64,000 nt of DNA from an uncultured Pseudomonadota bacterium (GTDB taxonomy: Bacteria > Oederibacteriota > Muellerivitia > Muellerivitales > Muellerivitaceae), in NCBI GenBank assembly GCA_963770835.1, contig CAVYRH010000026.1, positions 1 through 64,000 on the forward strand. The letters run 5' to 3'. The notes under the pieces were generated by a model. That model ran no database searches, was not told where the DNA came from, and saw only the letters and a list, made by a program, of their open reading frames with translations. A program made the translations under genes and the position numbers. This document shows positions 43,301 through 52,006 of this stretch, piece by piece; within the stretch, counting starts at the first letter, position 1, and every line of letters begins with the position of its first letter.

Positions 43301-44443
43301 ATCAATTGGGCCGAGGCCACCGCCGACGCGGGCGTGGGGGCCCGCATCGATTCCAATCTGGTGGTCTTCGACCCGCAGGACGGCCTGGGGCCGCGACTGT
43401 ACTTGATCGGGGGCTTTAACCCCTTCAGCACGCCCAACCCCAACACCGTCTACAACGACGTGTACACGTCCTTCAACGGCTCCACCTGGACCCGGATCAC
43501 CTCCAACGCCAACTTCCCGGCGCGGGTGTCCCCGGCCTGCGTGGCCTTCAACGGACGGCTCTGGATCATCGGCGGGGGCGGCTACAACGACGTCTGGTCC
43601 TCCGCCGACGGCATCCGGTGGGTCCAGAACGTCCAGCACGTTTCGGGCATGTCCACCAACGTTAGCGACGCCACGGTGATGAACGGGCAGATCTGGGCCG
43701 TCAGCCAGTCCAACCAGGGGGCCGTCCCCTGCACGCTTTATTACAGCCAGGACGGCTATAGCTGGCAGGCCCAGGTAACGGCGCTCCAACAGGATAATTT
43801 CGGCTTGACCGCCTATGCGGGAGAGCTTTGGTTGGTGGGGGGCACCTCGGGCCTTTCGCGCTTCAACGAGGTGTGGAGCTCCAGCGACCCCTATAGCTGG
43901 ACCCCGGTCACCCCCAGCGCCAACTTTTCGCCCCGGGGCCTGCACAACGGCTTGCTGGTTTTCCAAGACCAGATGTGGGTTTTAGGCGGGGCCCTGGCGC
44001 CCCAGGAAACCGGCGGGCCCACCTGGTTCGCCAACGACACCTGGTCCACGGTGTGCCCCGGGACAGGCAAGGGGATGCGTCGGCCCGGCGCCTACCGCGG
44101 GGGCATTTACGGGGAAATCATCAGCCTGCAGGTGAAGGGCAAGGGGGAAGCGCGAAACACGGAAATCACCGTGGAGATTCCCAAGTACGCCACCCTGGTT
44201 TCCGCCTATCCCAAGCCCGCCTCGGCCAATGGCTCCCGGCTGGTCTTCCGGCGGTCCGCTTTGGAGCCGGGCACCACCCAGATCAGCCTCACCTTGAGGA
44301 CAAGCCGTTCGGCCCCGCTGGGCGCTTCCCTGGTGCCGAAGGTGGTGGTGACCCCGCTGAATAAAGGGACCAGACTCCAGGTCAGCCCCCAGGAGTTTCA
44401 GGTGCTTCCCGCGGGAAGGATCATTAGGCCCATCGTGAAGTAA
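40364..44443 (+). CDS. Secreted S53 (sedolisin/kumamolisin) peptidase with NHL and Kelch-like propellers
   Basis: Pro-kumamolisin domain, ExxxD (EISMD), SSGD.G, GGTSASSP, GYDLVTGWG, NHL repeats, DVWSS.DG..W repeats. Confidence 0.9.
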   Translation: MSNQNPKTIWNRVGILVLLALFLWPAQRALTQTQGRQVLKGHVPQALAGSSPTGELTGQETIPVLIGLAPKNSTALAQFLKDAYDPQSPKHGRFLKKGQFAKRFGPTAADYQKVEDFAKSNGLTIVHTHASRTALLVSGNSAQIQKAFHVRLHFYKRKDGSRFFAPDGEPSLDLDVPILHLTGLDNYTLPRRVPRKPASPIARNHKALKTGTLSVLGSGPEGAFLGDDLRNAYAPNVSLSGAGQTLGLFELEGYDAADIAQYQALAGHPGNPVTAVLIDGATGIPQSGGPPPYNNDVEISMDIELALAMAPGLAQVRVYEGNPGGLVLNGFNVYPDDVMASMADEETAQEISCSYSFFSDTTTALILQQLAAQGQAFFVSSGDDGAYPVVGGLIQDEIFVASVGGTTMAMNGNGASYASESAWSGSGGGTSADMPLPFFQTGLATAANGGSSTLRNFPDVAAAAENICVVATSFTPGGNPVPGQVFDSGGTSASSPIWAGFLALVNEQRSHNGLAPVGFPDNALYAAAGGPDYAGDFHDITTGNNNNGGGPYYNAVTGYDLVTGWGSPAGQTLINDLCPNCTPAATSTATAVPTAGGPQPTPTSGPCLKLEKVVDGLGEGFLPTGLALDSSGNLYGVNESNNYLVFRLTSGGSPLSGTYGSSGTGPGQFQYPWSVAVDASGNVFVVDLNLHQVDKFTSSGDFTAAFGGGTMSYPGDIACDSSGNVFVADSVNQTVFKFNNSGALLGQISTPGTGPGQLNQPAGVGLDSSDNLYVMDIGNSRIEVFNSAGSYVTQWGSNGSGPGQFGTPAFGAINPVCLGGPGLVYAMDSGNSRVQIFTTTGTYLGQIAGYGFTEPFGLAANGSRLYVSDSRNSNLYIFDIGNCPSGPQTPPPTPTGSVTPTPVPTGANTPTVTSTPTLPCVPTGATWSPGTTSAAFLGRSDFGSAVYNSRMWIFGGETLNPPGPIYDTTSDDVWSSADGINWAEATADAGVGARIDSNLVVFDPQDGLGPRLYLIGGFNPFSTPNPNTVYNDVYTSFNGSTWTRITSNANFPARVSPACVAFNGRLWIIGGGGYNDVWSSADGIRWVQNVQHVSGMSTNVSDATVMNGQIWAVSQSNQGAVPCTLYYSQDGYSWQAQVTALQQDNFGLTAYAGELWLVGGTSGLSRFNEVWSSSDPYSWTPVTPSANFSPRGLHNGLLVFQDQMWVLGGALAPQETGGPTWFANDTWSTVCPGTGKGMRRPGAYRGGIYGEIISLQVKGKGEARNTEITVEIPKYATLVSAYPKPASANGSRLVFRRSALEPGTTQISLTLRTSRSAPLGASLVPKVVVTPLNKGTRLQVSPQEFQVLPAGRIIRPIVK

Positions 44444-44465
44444 AGGGACCAGCCGTGCAAAAGCA

Positions 44466-44499
44466 AAAAGCCTTCCCCTTTTGGGGGAAGGCTTTTTTA
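44466..44499. terminator. Intrinsic terminator
   Basis: AAAAGCCTTCCCC-TTTTG-GGGGAAGGCTTTT. Confidence 0.85.
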
Positions 44500-44560
44500 T
44501 TGAAAATTTAACCTTTCTTGTTTACAATTTGTATTACAAAACATATTTGGAGTGTATTAC

Positions 44561-44872
44561 ATGAGTTCCATTACCATCCGCATCGATGAGAACCTGGAAA
44601 AGTTACTAGAGCAGGAACTTCAAACCGCGAAGAAATCCCGTTCGGACCTGGTGCGGGACGCCCTCCAGGAATATTTAAGCCGCCACAAACGGGAACGGCT
44701 GGTCCAGGCGATGGTGCGGGAAATGAAAAGCCTGTCTCCCGAGGCCCGCCAGGAAGGGCTGGATATCGCCGAGGAATTCCTGCCCGCCGAAAACGAGGCC
44801 CTTGAACTATCGGAGGACCCGAAGCCTTATGGAACTTCCGCCGGGGAAAAAGAGGACCGGTGGTGGAAATGA
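44561..44872 (+). CDS. RHH/CopG antitoxin
   Basis: ITIRID...SRSDLVRDALQEYL. Overlaps the PemK gene. Confidence 0.85.
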   Translation: MSSITIRIDENLEKLLEQELQTAKKSRSDLVRDALQEYLSRHKRERLVQAMVREMKSLSPEARQEGLDIAEEFLPAENEALELSEDPKPYGTSAGEKEDRWWK

Positions 44873-45228
44873 AGAGGGGTGAAGTATGGGTCGCCCGGCT
44901 CAGCCCCGCCCAAGGCGGTGAAGTGGGAAAAACCAGGCCCGTCCTGGTGCTTCAAGATGACTCATTCGCCGAGGCGGACCCCGAGACCCTTATCGTCCTT
45001 CCGTTGACTTCCCAAGTCAGGCCCCAAATCCAAAACCTGCGGGTCAAAATTCCGGCCCGGGACCGGCTCCTCAAGGAAAGCCATGTCGTCCTTGAAAAAC
45101 CAATGACCTTGGACCGCCGGCGTTTTGGGGAAGGCCCCTTAACCGCCCTCACCCCCCTTGAAGTGGCCGCGGTGGAGCGTGGGTTATTGGTGGTCATGGG
45201 CATGGTGGGATACCTGCCCGATCCATAA
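44869..45228 (+). CDS. PemK/MazF family toxin
   Basis: MKRGEVW...P..G.E.GKTRPVLVLQ, VLPLTS. Confidence 0.9.
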   Translation: MKRGEVWVARLSPAQGGEVGKTRPVLVLQDDSFAEADPETLIVLPLTSQVRPQIQNLRVKIPARDRLLKESHVVLEKPMTLDRRRFGEGPLTALTPLEVAAVERGLLVVMGMVGYLPDP

Positions 45229-45372
45229 AAACCCAGAAACATAGGCTTGAGCCGCAGATTCGCGCAAATTTCCGCGGTTACACGAGGGGCGCAATAAGTT
45301 TTATTTTATTTAATTGAAATATTGATAAGATGTTAATAGTATTTTATTAACCTCATTTTCAATGGAGCCGAA

Positions 45373-45618
45373 ATGAAAAGGTCCGCCGTCGCCAGTTTTT
45401 CCATCCCCCTGGAAACCCTCAAACACACCCAGGAAATCGCCCAAGTGGAAAAGAAAAGCCGCAGTGAAGTGGTAAGCGAGGCCCTGGAGAAGTATTACGT
45501 GATGAAGCAATGGGAGGTCCTCCAAAAGATCGGCGCACGCCAGGCTAAGCGCTTGGGTGTCCGATCCGAGGATGATGTGGACCGCCTGATCCATGAATTC
45601 CGCCGAAACCGTAAATGA
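45373..45618 (+). CDS. RHH antitoxin
   Basis: SFSIP...KSRSEVVSEALEKY, SEDDVDRLIHE. ATGA overlap with the PIN gene. Confidence 0.85.
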   Translation: MKRSAVASFSIPLETLKHTQEIAQVEKKSRSEVVSEALEKYYVMKQWEVLQKIGARQAKRLGVRSEDDVDRLIHEFRRNRK

Positions 45619-46028
45619 AGCTTCGGGTGGTCGTTGACACGAATGTGTTCGTTTCTCATTTCCTGGTGCCCCACCAGAATCCTTCGAAGGTCCTGGGCCT
45701 TGCGCGGGAAGGCCGATTCATCCTGGTGACTTCCGATCCCATTCTTGACGAGTTGGAAAGGGTATTGGAGGCCAAGTTGGGCTTCACGGGCGGACAGGCT
45801 GAAGAAGCCCGCCGCTCCATTCAAGCGATTTCCGAAATCATCAAGCCGCATCACGCAGTGGATACGGTGAAGGCCGACGAAAGCGATAATCGGATCCTGG
45901 AATGCGCCCTTTCGGGCAAGGCCCATGTGATTGTCACTGGCGATAAAAAACACCTCCTACCCTTGAAGGAATTCCGGGACATCCCCATTTTAAACCCCGC
46001 TTCATTTGTCCGTGATTTCGTTGCTTGA
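45615..46028 (+). CDS. PIN-domain toxin
   Basis: RVVVDTNV, DESDNRILECA, IVTGDKKHLL. Confidence 0.9.
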   Translation: MKLRVVVDTNVFVSHFLVPHQNPSKVLGLAREGRFILVTSDPILDELERVLEAKLGFTGGQAEEARRSIQAISEIIKPHHAVDTVKADESDNRILECALSGKAHVIVTGDKKHLLPLKEFRDIPILNPASFVRDFVA

Positions 46029-46126
46029 AGCGGAGGTACGGATCAGGAGCAATTTAGAGACTTTGTAGCTTTGCTTTACTCTGTGCCCTCTGTGAACTCT
46101 GGGGTTCAACCTGCTTATGTTGTTAT

Positions 46127-47602
46127 CTAAAACAGGTCCTTCAAGATGTTCCGCATACCCTTGCGGATCTGGTAGTTCGCCGCCTGCACGGCATCCTTGG
46201 CCAGCATGCCCTCGGCCTTTTCCTTGAGGTCCTGCGGGGTAAGCCCGGTCTTTTGCTGCACAAAATCCCCGATCTTCCCTATGAAGTTTTTATCGCTGTC
46301 ATTGTCCCCCTGCGCCAAGGCTTCGGGGGACTGGCGAGGAGACGACCCGCCTGCCGAAGCTTCAGCGTAGGCAGGGGCAACCCCAGTTCCAGATAAAGCC
46401 TCTTCCCCAGGTTGTTGATCTTGACGTTCCTGCCGACTGCGAACTGCCGACTGCGAACGGACTTTATCCGCCTTTGCCTGTTGTGCCGCCTGCCTTTGGA
46501 CCTCTTTCCGCGTCTTCTCGGCGGCCTTGGCCTCCAAAACGGCTTTCCGTTCCGCTTCGGCCTGGACCTTATCGGCCACCTCCTTCTTCCTTAAGGGGAC
46601 GGCGTCCTGGTGCACCTGGGCTAGGGCGTTCCGGTAGCGCAGATCCTGGCCCTCCCCGGAAAGACCCTTCAGGTGTTCCCAGTTGGACAGGGCCCCGTAG
46701 ACCACCGGCACCGCCTCGGCGGGGGATAGATCCATCACCATCCGGTAGCCTTTGGGGGTCATGGTGACCTTCACCCCTGGGGGAAGCCCCTCCCATTTGG
46801 CGGCGTAGGGATCCTTAGGGCCTAAACTGCTGTCATTGCGAGGAGTGGCCGCCGAATAGGCGGACGATGACGACGAAGCAACCTCAGTTCCATTTGAAGC
46901 CGTTTCCCCAGGTTTTAAGCCGTATGAGGCAGGGTCATTACCGGCTTTGACCCATTTCACCAGCTTTTTGGCGTCTTTCTCGGTCATTTGGCGCTCAATG
47001 AGCACTTGGAGGGCCTTTTCAACCAATTCGTGGTCTTCCAAGGCCGTGAGGGGATATACCGGGAACTCCGTTAGTTCCCAGGACGGGTCCTTTTTTACCA
47101 AGGCTTGGTAAATTTGAGCCCTCGAATTCCCGTTAAGCACCTTCATCAGGCTAACCACCCGGCTGATGGCCTGTTGGGACCTCCCCAGTTCGTCCGCCAC
47201 TTGCTGTTGGGTGGGCTGGGAGGGGGAATTCAGCCTGTCCTCAATGGCCTCGTACCGGGACAGCCAATGAAGCTCCTCCCACTCGTTGGACATCACGGCC
47301 TTCCATTGGGCGTCCTCGGCCGGGATGTCGAAAACAATGGCATCCAGGGCGGTCCAACCCAGCTTAAGGGCCCCCCAATAGCGCAATTCCCCGTCGATCA
47401 GTTCGTGGCTGTGGGCCGGGTCGGCCTGCCTTTCCCCGGGGGTCAGGAGCCTCAATTTAACGGGCGTTTCCTGGCCGTTGGCCTCGAGGGACTTGGCTTT
47501 CTTATCCTTGGCCTCCTCCGATTTCACTTTCCGCGGGTTCTTGGGATTGGGGCGTATTTTCGCCAAGGGGATAGATTGAACCGTCAAAGGTGTGGATTCC
47601 AT
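46127..47602 (-). CDS. ParB/Srx-domain protein with HTH and a long low-complexity C-terminus
   Basis: IRPNPKNPRK, SL...GQ.TPV, ELIDGELRY.GA..LG, TQQQVADELGRSQQAISR. Confidence 0.85.
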   Translation of the reverse strand: MESTPLTVQSIPLAKIRPNPKNPRKVKSEEAKDKKAKSLEANGQETPVKLRLLTPGERQADPAHSHELIDGELRYWGALKLGWTALDAIVFDIPAEDAQWKAVMSNEWEELHWLSRYEAIEDRLNSPSQPTQQQVADELGRSQQAISRVVSLMKVLNGNSRAQIYQALVKKDPSWELTEFPVYPLTALEDHELVEKALQVLIERQMTEKDAKKLVKWVKAGNDPASYGLKPGETASNGTEVASSSSSAYSAATPRNDSSLGPKDPYAAKWEGLPPGVKVTMTPKGYRMVMDLSPAEAVPVVYGALSNWEHLKGLSGEGQDLRYRNALAQVHQDAVPLRKKEVADKVQAEAERKAVLEAKAAEKTRKEVQRQAAQQAKADKVRSQSAVRSRQERQDQQPGEEALSGTGVAPAYAEASAGGSSPRQSPEALAQGDNDSDKNFIGKIGDFVQQKTGLTPQDLKEKAEGMLAKDAVQAANYQIRKGMRNILKDLF

Positions 47603-47631
47603 AAATGCCTCCTGGTTTTTCTTAAGGTTAA

Positions 47632-47682
47632 GCTGCCGACCGTCGACTGCCGACTGTGGACTGCCCTTGTCGACTGTTGACC
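47632..47682. repeat. Degenerate heptamer tandem repeat (G[TC]CGACT)
   Basis: GCCGACC GTCGACT GCCGACT GTGGACT, with relatives at 60236-60266 and 46432-46457. Confidence 0.6.
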
Positions 47683-47911
47683 GCTTTTGGAGATTAATTT
47701 ATGAAATCTTTTTTAGTCAATATCCAAAAAATGTCCGTTTTTGGATAAGATAAATGCTGATTTGATAAGGGTTTTTGGGATTTGGTTAAGACCCAATCGC
47801 GCATTACCGTTCTTAAAGGCTCCCCAACAACCCTATTGAAGCCCCCTCCAAGGCCCGTTTCCAGGTATAATTCATCGGCAGTTTAACGGCAGTTCATCGG
47901 CGGAGGAAACC

Positions 47912-49006
47912 GTGTCTTATCAACCTATATTCCGGGTAACGCCCCCCATGCTGAGGCTCATCGGGAAAATGGAGGCGGCGCGGGAGATCGTGGAAAGCCT
48001 GGAATTGCCCCTGGGCCTTGAAAACGAGTTCCAACGGGAAGCTTCGGCGAGGATGACGCACTATTCCACGAAGATCGAGGGGAACCGCCTCACCCTGAAA
48101 CAAACGAAGGAATTGCTGGCGGGCCAAACGGTGATCGCCCGTGAAATCGACAAACGGGAGGCCATGAATTACTACGATTGCCTCGACTTGGTCCACCGGC
48201 ATTCCAAGGCCCATAAACCGGTGACGGAGGCCCTTATCAAGGAGATCCATTCGGTTGTACAAAAATGGATCGTGAAAGGGAAACTCCGGGGTGAATATCG
48301 GGAGGCTCAAAACGCCATCTTTGATTCGGCGGCCGGGAAACCGGTCTATTTCCCCCCCGATTCCAAGGAAGTCCCATCCCTCATGAGGGCCTTCGTCGCT
48401 TGGCTCAACAGCGACGGTGAAACGCACCCCATCCTGAAAGCGGGCGTGGCCCATTACCAGTTCGTGACCATTCATCCCTTCATGGATGGAAACGGACGAA
48501 CCGCCAGGGCGATTGCCACGCTCCTGCTTTACCGGGAAGGGTACAGCTTGAAGCGGTTCTATTCACTGGAGGAATATTACGCCGAGGACTTAAGGGGCTA
48601 TTACAACACCCTCCACCAATGCCAAGGCGTCCATTACCACGACAACCCCAACCCGGACATCAGCGTTTGGCTGGAATATTTCCTTAACGGCGCGGCCATT
48701 GTGTTCGAGCGGGTCAAGGAAAAGGCCTTGGCCGCCGCCAAGAAAAAGCCGCCCCCCCAAAGCAAAAAGGACATCGAGCGGATGCAGAAGATCGGGCCAA
48801 GGGAAAGGCGCGTGCTCGCTTATTTCGGGAAGAATTTACAACTCCGGACAAGAAACCTTTGTTCTTTATTCGGCATCAAGGAACGCGCGGCCAGGGATTT
48901 GCTGGCCAAATGGATGGAGCTGGGATTGATCGAAAAGCAGGGGTCCGGCAAGCGGGACGCCTATTACATATTATCGGCGGAATATCGGCGTCTTATCGGC
49001 GGTTAG
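47912..49006 (+). CDS. Fic family protein with C-terminal HTH
   Basis: HPFMDGNGRTAR catalytic motif and N-terminal STKIEGN inhibitory motif. Confidence 0.93.
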   Translation: MSYQPIFRVTPPMLRLIGKMEAAREIVESLELPLGLENEFQREASARMTHYSTKIEGNRLTLKQTKELLAGQTVIAREIDKREAMNYYDCLDLVHRHSKAHKPVTEALIKEIHSVVQKWIVKGKLRGEYREAQNAIFDSAAGKPVYFPPDSKEVPSLMRAFVAWLNSDGETHPILKAGVAHYQFVTIHPFMDGNGRTARAIATLLLYREGYSLKRFYSLEEYYAEDLRGYYNTLHQCQGVHYHDNPNPDISVWLEYFLNGAAIVFERVKEKALAAAKKKPPPQSKKDIERMQKIGPRERRVLAYFGKNLQLRTRNLCSLFGIKERAARDLLAKWMELGLIEKQGSGKRDAYYILSAEYRRLIGG

Positions 49007-49397
49007 TTTGCCGAGGGCAGCTTGGCCCTTTGGAGCCAGTTTAAAAGAGGTAAATACCTCATGGCTATTTCCGATGTGGCGGAGAAAGAGTTAGATCCAG
49101 AACGCCTGTAGAGGGCTTGGCACGAAATGGAAAATGGACGCCTGACCCCTTTTTCCCTTTATGCTGGGTGAACCTGAAGACAAGAAATTAAAAGCCGACT
49201 TCGATAAAGTCAAAAAAATGCTGGGAATGGTGCCTTGCGAGCATGAAATTGTTACCGAAGATGATGCCGCTAATTTGGCAAATAGAATGAAAAAGTTGGA
49301 GAGTGTAGAACATTAATGAAAAAGGTCACATTTTAATTTTTCTTTAAAACATTAGAGTCGTTTTCGTAAAAAAGAACATGTCCAATATAATGTCAAA

Positions 49398-50318
49398 ATG
49401 GATATTCCATTAGACCACCAAGTCCGACATGCCTCGTTTCAAGTCCTCAAGAAACTTCAAATTGAATATTCAAATTGCATTCCTCGCGAAATACTTTTAA
49501 AGGGTTTCGAGTTCCAAGCTCAAAGAGTCCCTTTTGTAGGACCGCAGGGTATTTTCAAGCCCCGGTTATTACCTGAAATTCCATTGAGCATTTATACCGC
49601 ACCCATTATTGAAGGCCGTCGGAGGCCCTATGAAGATAAGGAAATGTATAACGGATTTATTGAGTACAAATACCGTGGTGAAAAACCGGATCATCATGAA
49701 AACGTAGGTCTTCGAAAGGCTTTAGCTCAAAAAGTCCCCTTAATCTATATACAGGGGCTTACGCCTGGTTTTTGCGCGGCGAGTTGGCCGGTATTTATCG
49801 TGGGGGATGACCCGAAAAGCCTGACCTTCATGGTTCGGGTGGATGAGGAGAAATATACATTTCCGGAAGAGGCCCGGAGTTCCAATTATGAAGAGGAAAG
49901 TGCCAGAAGGGCCTATCGAACTGTGGAAACTCAACAAAGGGTTCATCAGCAGGGTTTTCGGTTGAGGGTATTGAAGGCCTACCAAGAACATTGCGCCATT
50001 TGCAATCTGGGGCATCCATCCCTTTTGGACGCCGCCCATATTCTTCCCGATGGTCATCCGAAAGGGGAACCGACAATCAACAACGGGATTTCCCTTTGCC
50101 GAATCCACCATGCGGCTTATGACGTGAATATTATCGGCATCCGACCAGACTACAAAGTAGTTGTAAATGAACAGGTTCTGAAGGAAAAGGACGGCCCAAT
50201 GTTGAAGCATGGGCTACAGGAATTTCATGAATCTAAATTGATCCTGCCCAAGTCCCACCGGGATTATCCTAAAGAAGATTTCTTGGATGAGCGATTTCAG
50301 AGTTTCTTAGCGAGTTAA
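49398..50318 (+). CDS. HNH endonuclease, putative restriction enzyme
   Basis: FR.RVL.AY...CAIC, LDAAHI, NGISLC.IHHAAYD. Confidence 0.88.
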   Translation: MDIPLDHQVRHASFQVLKKLQIEYSNCIPREILLKGFEFQAQRVPFVGPQGIFKPRLLPEIPLSIYTAPIIEGRRRPYEDKEMYNGFIEYKYRGEKPDHHENVGLRKALAQKVPLIYIQGLTPGFCAASWPVFIVGDDPKSLTFMVRVDEEKYTFPEEARSSNYEEESARRAYRTVETQQRVHQQGFRLRVLKAYQEHCAICNLGHPSLLDAAHILPDGHPKGEPTINNGISLCRIHHAAYDVNIIGIRPDYKVVVNEQVLKEKDGPMLKHGLQEFHESKLILPKSHRDYPKEDFLDERFQSFLAS

Positions 50319-50332
50319 GGTGTAATTCCAAA

Positions 50333-51124
50333 GTGAACTCCGAATTGAAATGCCCATTTTGTGAAAAAGAGGTTGATGAATTTCACCCAAGTAGTCATGT
50401 CATCCCAGAATGGCTTTTCAAACGCACCTATGGAAAACAAGGTAAATACCTAAATATCAATTTGCTTAAGGAGGAAGTTAAGATTGCCCAAAGTGGAACA
50501 AAGAAGTCTTTTGTCTGTCGAAACTGTGAAGGAGATTTTGCTGAGGATGATCGTTATGCAAGCTTGGTTTTGAATGCTAAAAACCCTCGGTCAACCGTCC
50601 CGAATGTTGCTGATGCGAAGGAGACATGGAATCATGAAGAAAGGGGCTACAGAAAATGTTTAGTTTTGGAGGGGGTGAATTTTAAGAAATTTCTAAAATT
50701 TGTTCTTGGAGTTGTGATGAGGGGACATATGGCCAAGACGGATAACGGAAAGGAATTTCTCGGGGAAAAGCATTTTCGAAAAATGAAAAATGTTTATAGG
50801 GATGATCTGCTACTAAACGATAGCATCTACCCAATATTTATTCTGAAAGTCGATTCGAAGGACATTTTCAGTGAATTTATTCATCTTCCTGGTCGAGGTG
50901 AAGGGCCAGGGGGTGCAAACTTGGCTTCTTTTGTGGCGGGTGGATATCGGTTTAATGTTGTGGTTCAAAGCCATCAAATCCCTGAACCTTATTTGCGCTT
51001 GCGCCTTAAATCTAATGGAGAACTGCCAATCCCTGTGGTAGGGGTGCTTAATTTACCGGGCGCTAAAAGGACCTTGAAGCAAGCTATAGAACTTGGGCGC
51101 AAAAGAATACCCCAAACCAAATGA
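50333..51124 (+). CDS. Hypothetical protein with a Zn/HNH-like N-terminus
   Basis: CPFC...SHVIPEW...CRNCE, low GC. Confidence 0.65.
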   Translation: MNSELKCPFCEKEVDEFHPSSHVIPEWLFKRTYGKQGKYLNINLLKEEVKIAQSGTKKSFVCRNCEGDFAEDDRYASLVLNAKNPRSTVPNVADAKETWNHEERGYRKCLVLEGVNFKKFLKFVLGVVMRGHMAKTDNGKEFLGEKHFRKMKNVYRDDLLLNDSIYPIFILKVDSKDIFSEFIHLPGRGEGPGGANLASFVAGGYRFNVVVQSHQIPEPYLRLRLKSNGELPIPVVGVLNLPGAKRTLKQAIELGRKRIPQTK

Positions 51125-51610
51125 ATTTATTCGCACAAGCTATTTGGGAATTGCTTTCTCGGCCGGGCGGCCATCGCGGGGTTTCTCCAGCAGCTCCTTC
51201 AAACCCCATCCCAACCTATGGGCGACTCTGTCAAGGGTGCTCATCCCTAGGCTTTTGGAACACTCTTCAAGCAGAAGTGTCAAAACTTTCCATTGCATTC
51301 CTCGAAGTAACAAAGAGTCCTGTTTTTACCGTCAAGCTCTCGAACTCTAAACCAATTACCTGATCCGTTTTATCCCAAATCGAATTAGGTGTTGTTACAC
51401 AGATGCCATTACTGTTTTTGGCCTAAAGAATAATTAAGGCTTAAAGAAGACATCAATTAGGCAATTATTACTTTTATCAAAATAATAATTGACCAGGAAA
51501 TGACTTAAGTCTTATAAATGCACAAGATTTATTATTCGTTTTTTTGACTTCCAAGACCGACATTAATTTTTTGCGCTCTAAATTTATTGAAAATATAAAG
51601 GAGTAATTCG

Positions 51611-51985
51611 ATGAGCGAACAGTTGAATAATCCGTTTTCTAAAGTTATTTCTCTTGGGAATGAAACCGGAACAATCACTCTACAATTAACGATTGGATAC
51701 GGGCAAGCGTACTCTAAACCGATAGCCGTTAATTTGGGGGGAACGCCTATTCCACCTTCAGCGGGCGATACCTCTTTTGCATTGGGATCGGCAAGTTCAA
51801 TAAAAAACAAAATGCTGGCTATTCACGTAGTTGTTCAAGCCATTAACCCGGGACCGCCTTGCAGGGCCAGTGTGAAGTATGTTTTGGTATCTTCCACGGG
51901 TAACACTTACCTTGACGGAGTCACTGATTTATCAACCACAGTAAATGCCGTGATTCCGTTTGGCGGCATGGTTTATTTTTCTTAA
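51611..51985 (+). CDS. Hypothetical beta-rich protein
   Basis: AAGGAG SD, first gene of a low-GC operon. Confidence 0.7.
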   Translation: MSEQLNNPFSKVISLGNETGTITLQLTIGYGQAYSKPIAVNLGGTPIPPSAGDTSFALGSASSIKNKMLAIHVVVQAINPGPPCRASVKYVLVSSTGNTYLDGVTDLSTTVNAVIPFGGMVYFS

Positions 51986-52006
51986 AAATATTCGGAAGGA
52001 AAATCA

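Noticed and set aside
41009..43966. 985-aa minus-strand ORF
   Set aside because: Antisense shadow of the well-supported S53 protease gene.
46127..47602. The missing chromosomal parB
   Set aside because: No adjacent parA, a divergent GELR motif, an atypical C-terminus and an island context. Cognate status with the parS sites is unsupported.
49010..49320. Short ORF fragments after fic
   Set aside because: Too short and without motifs. Probably gene debris.
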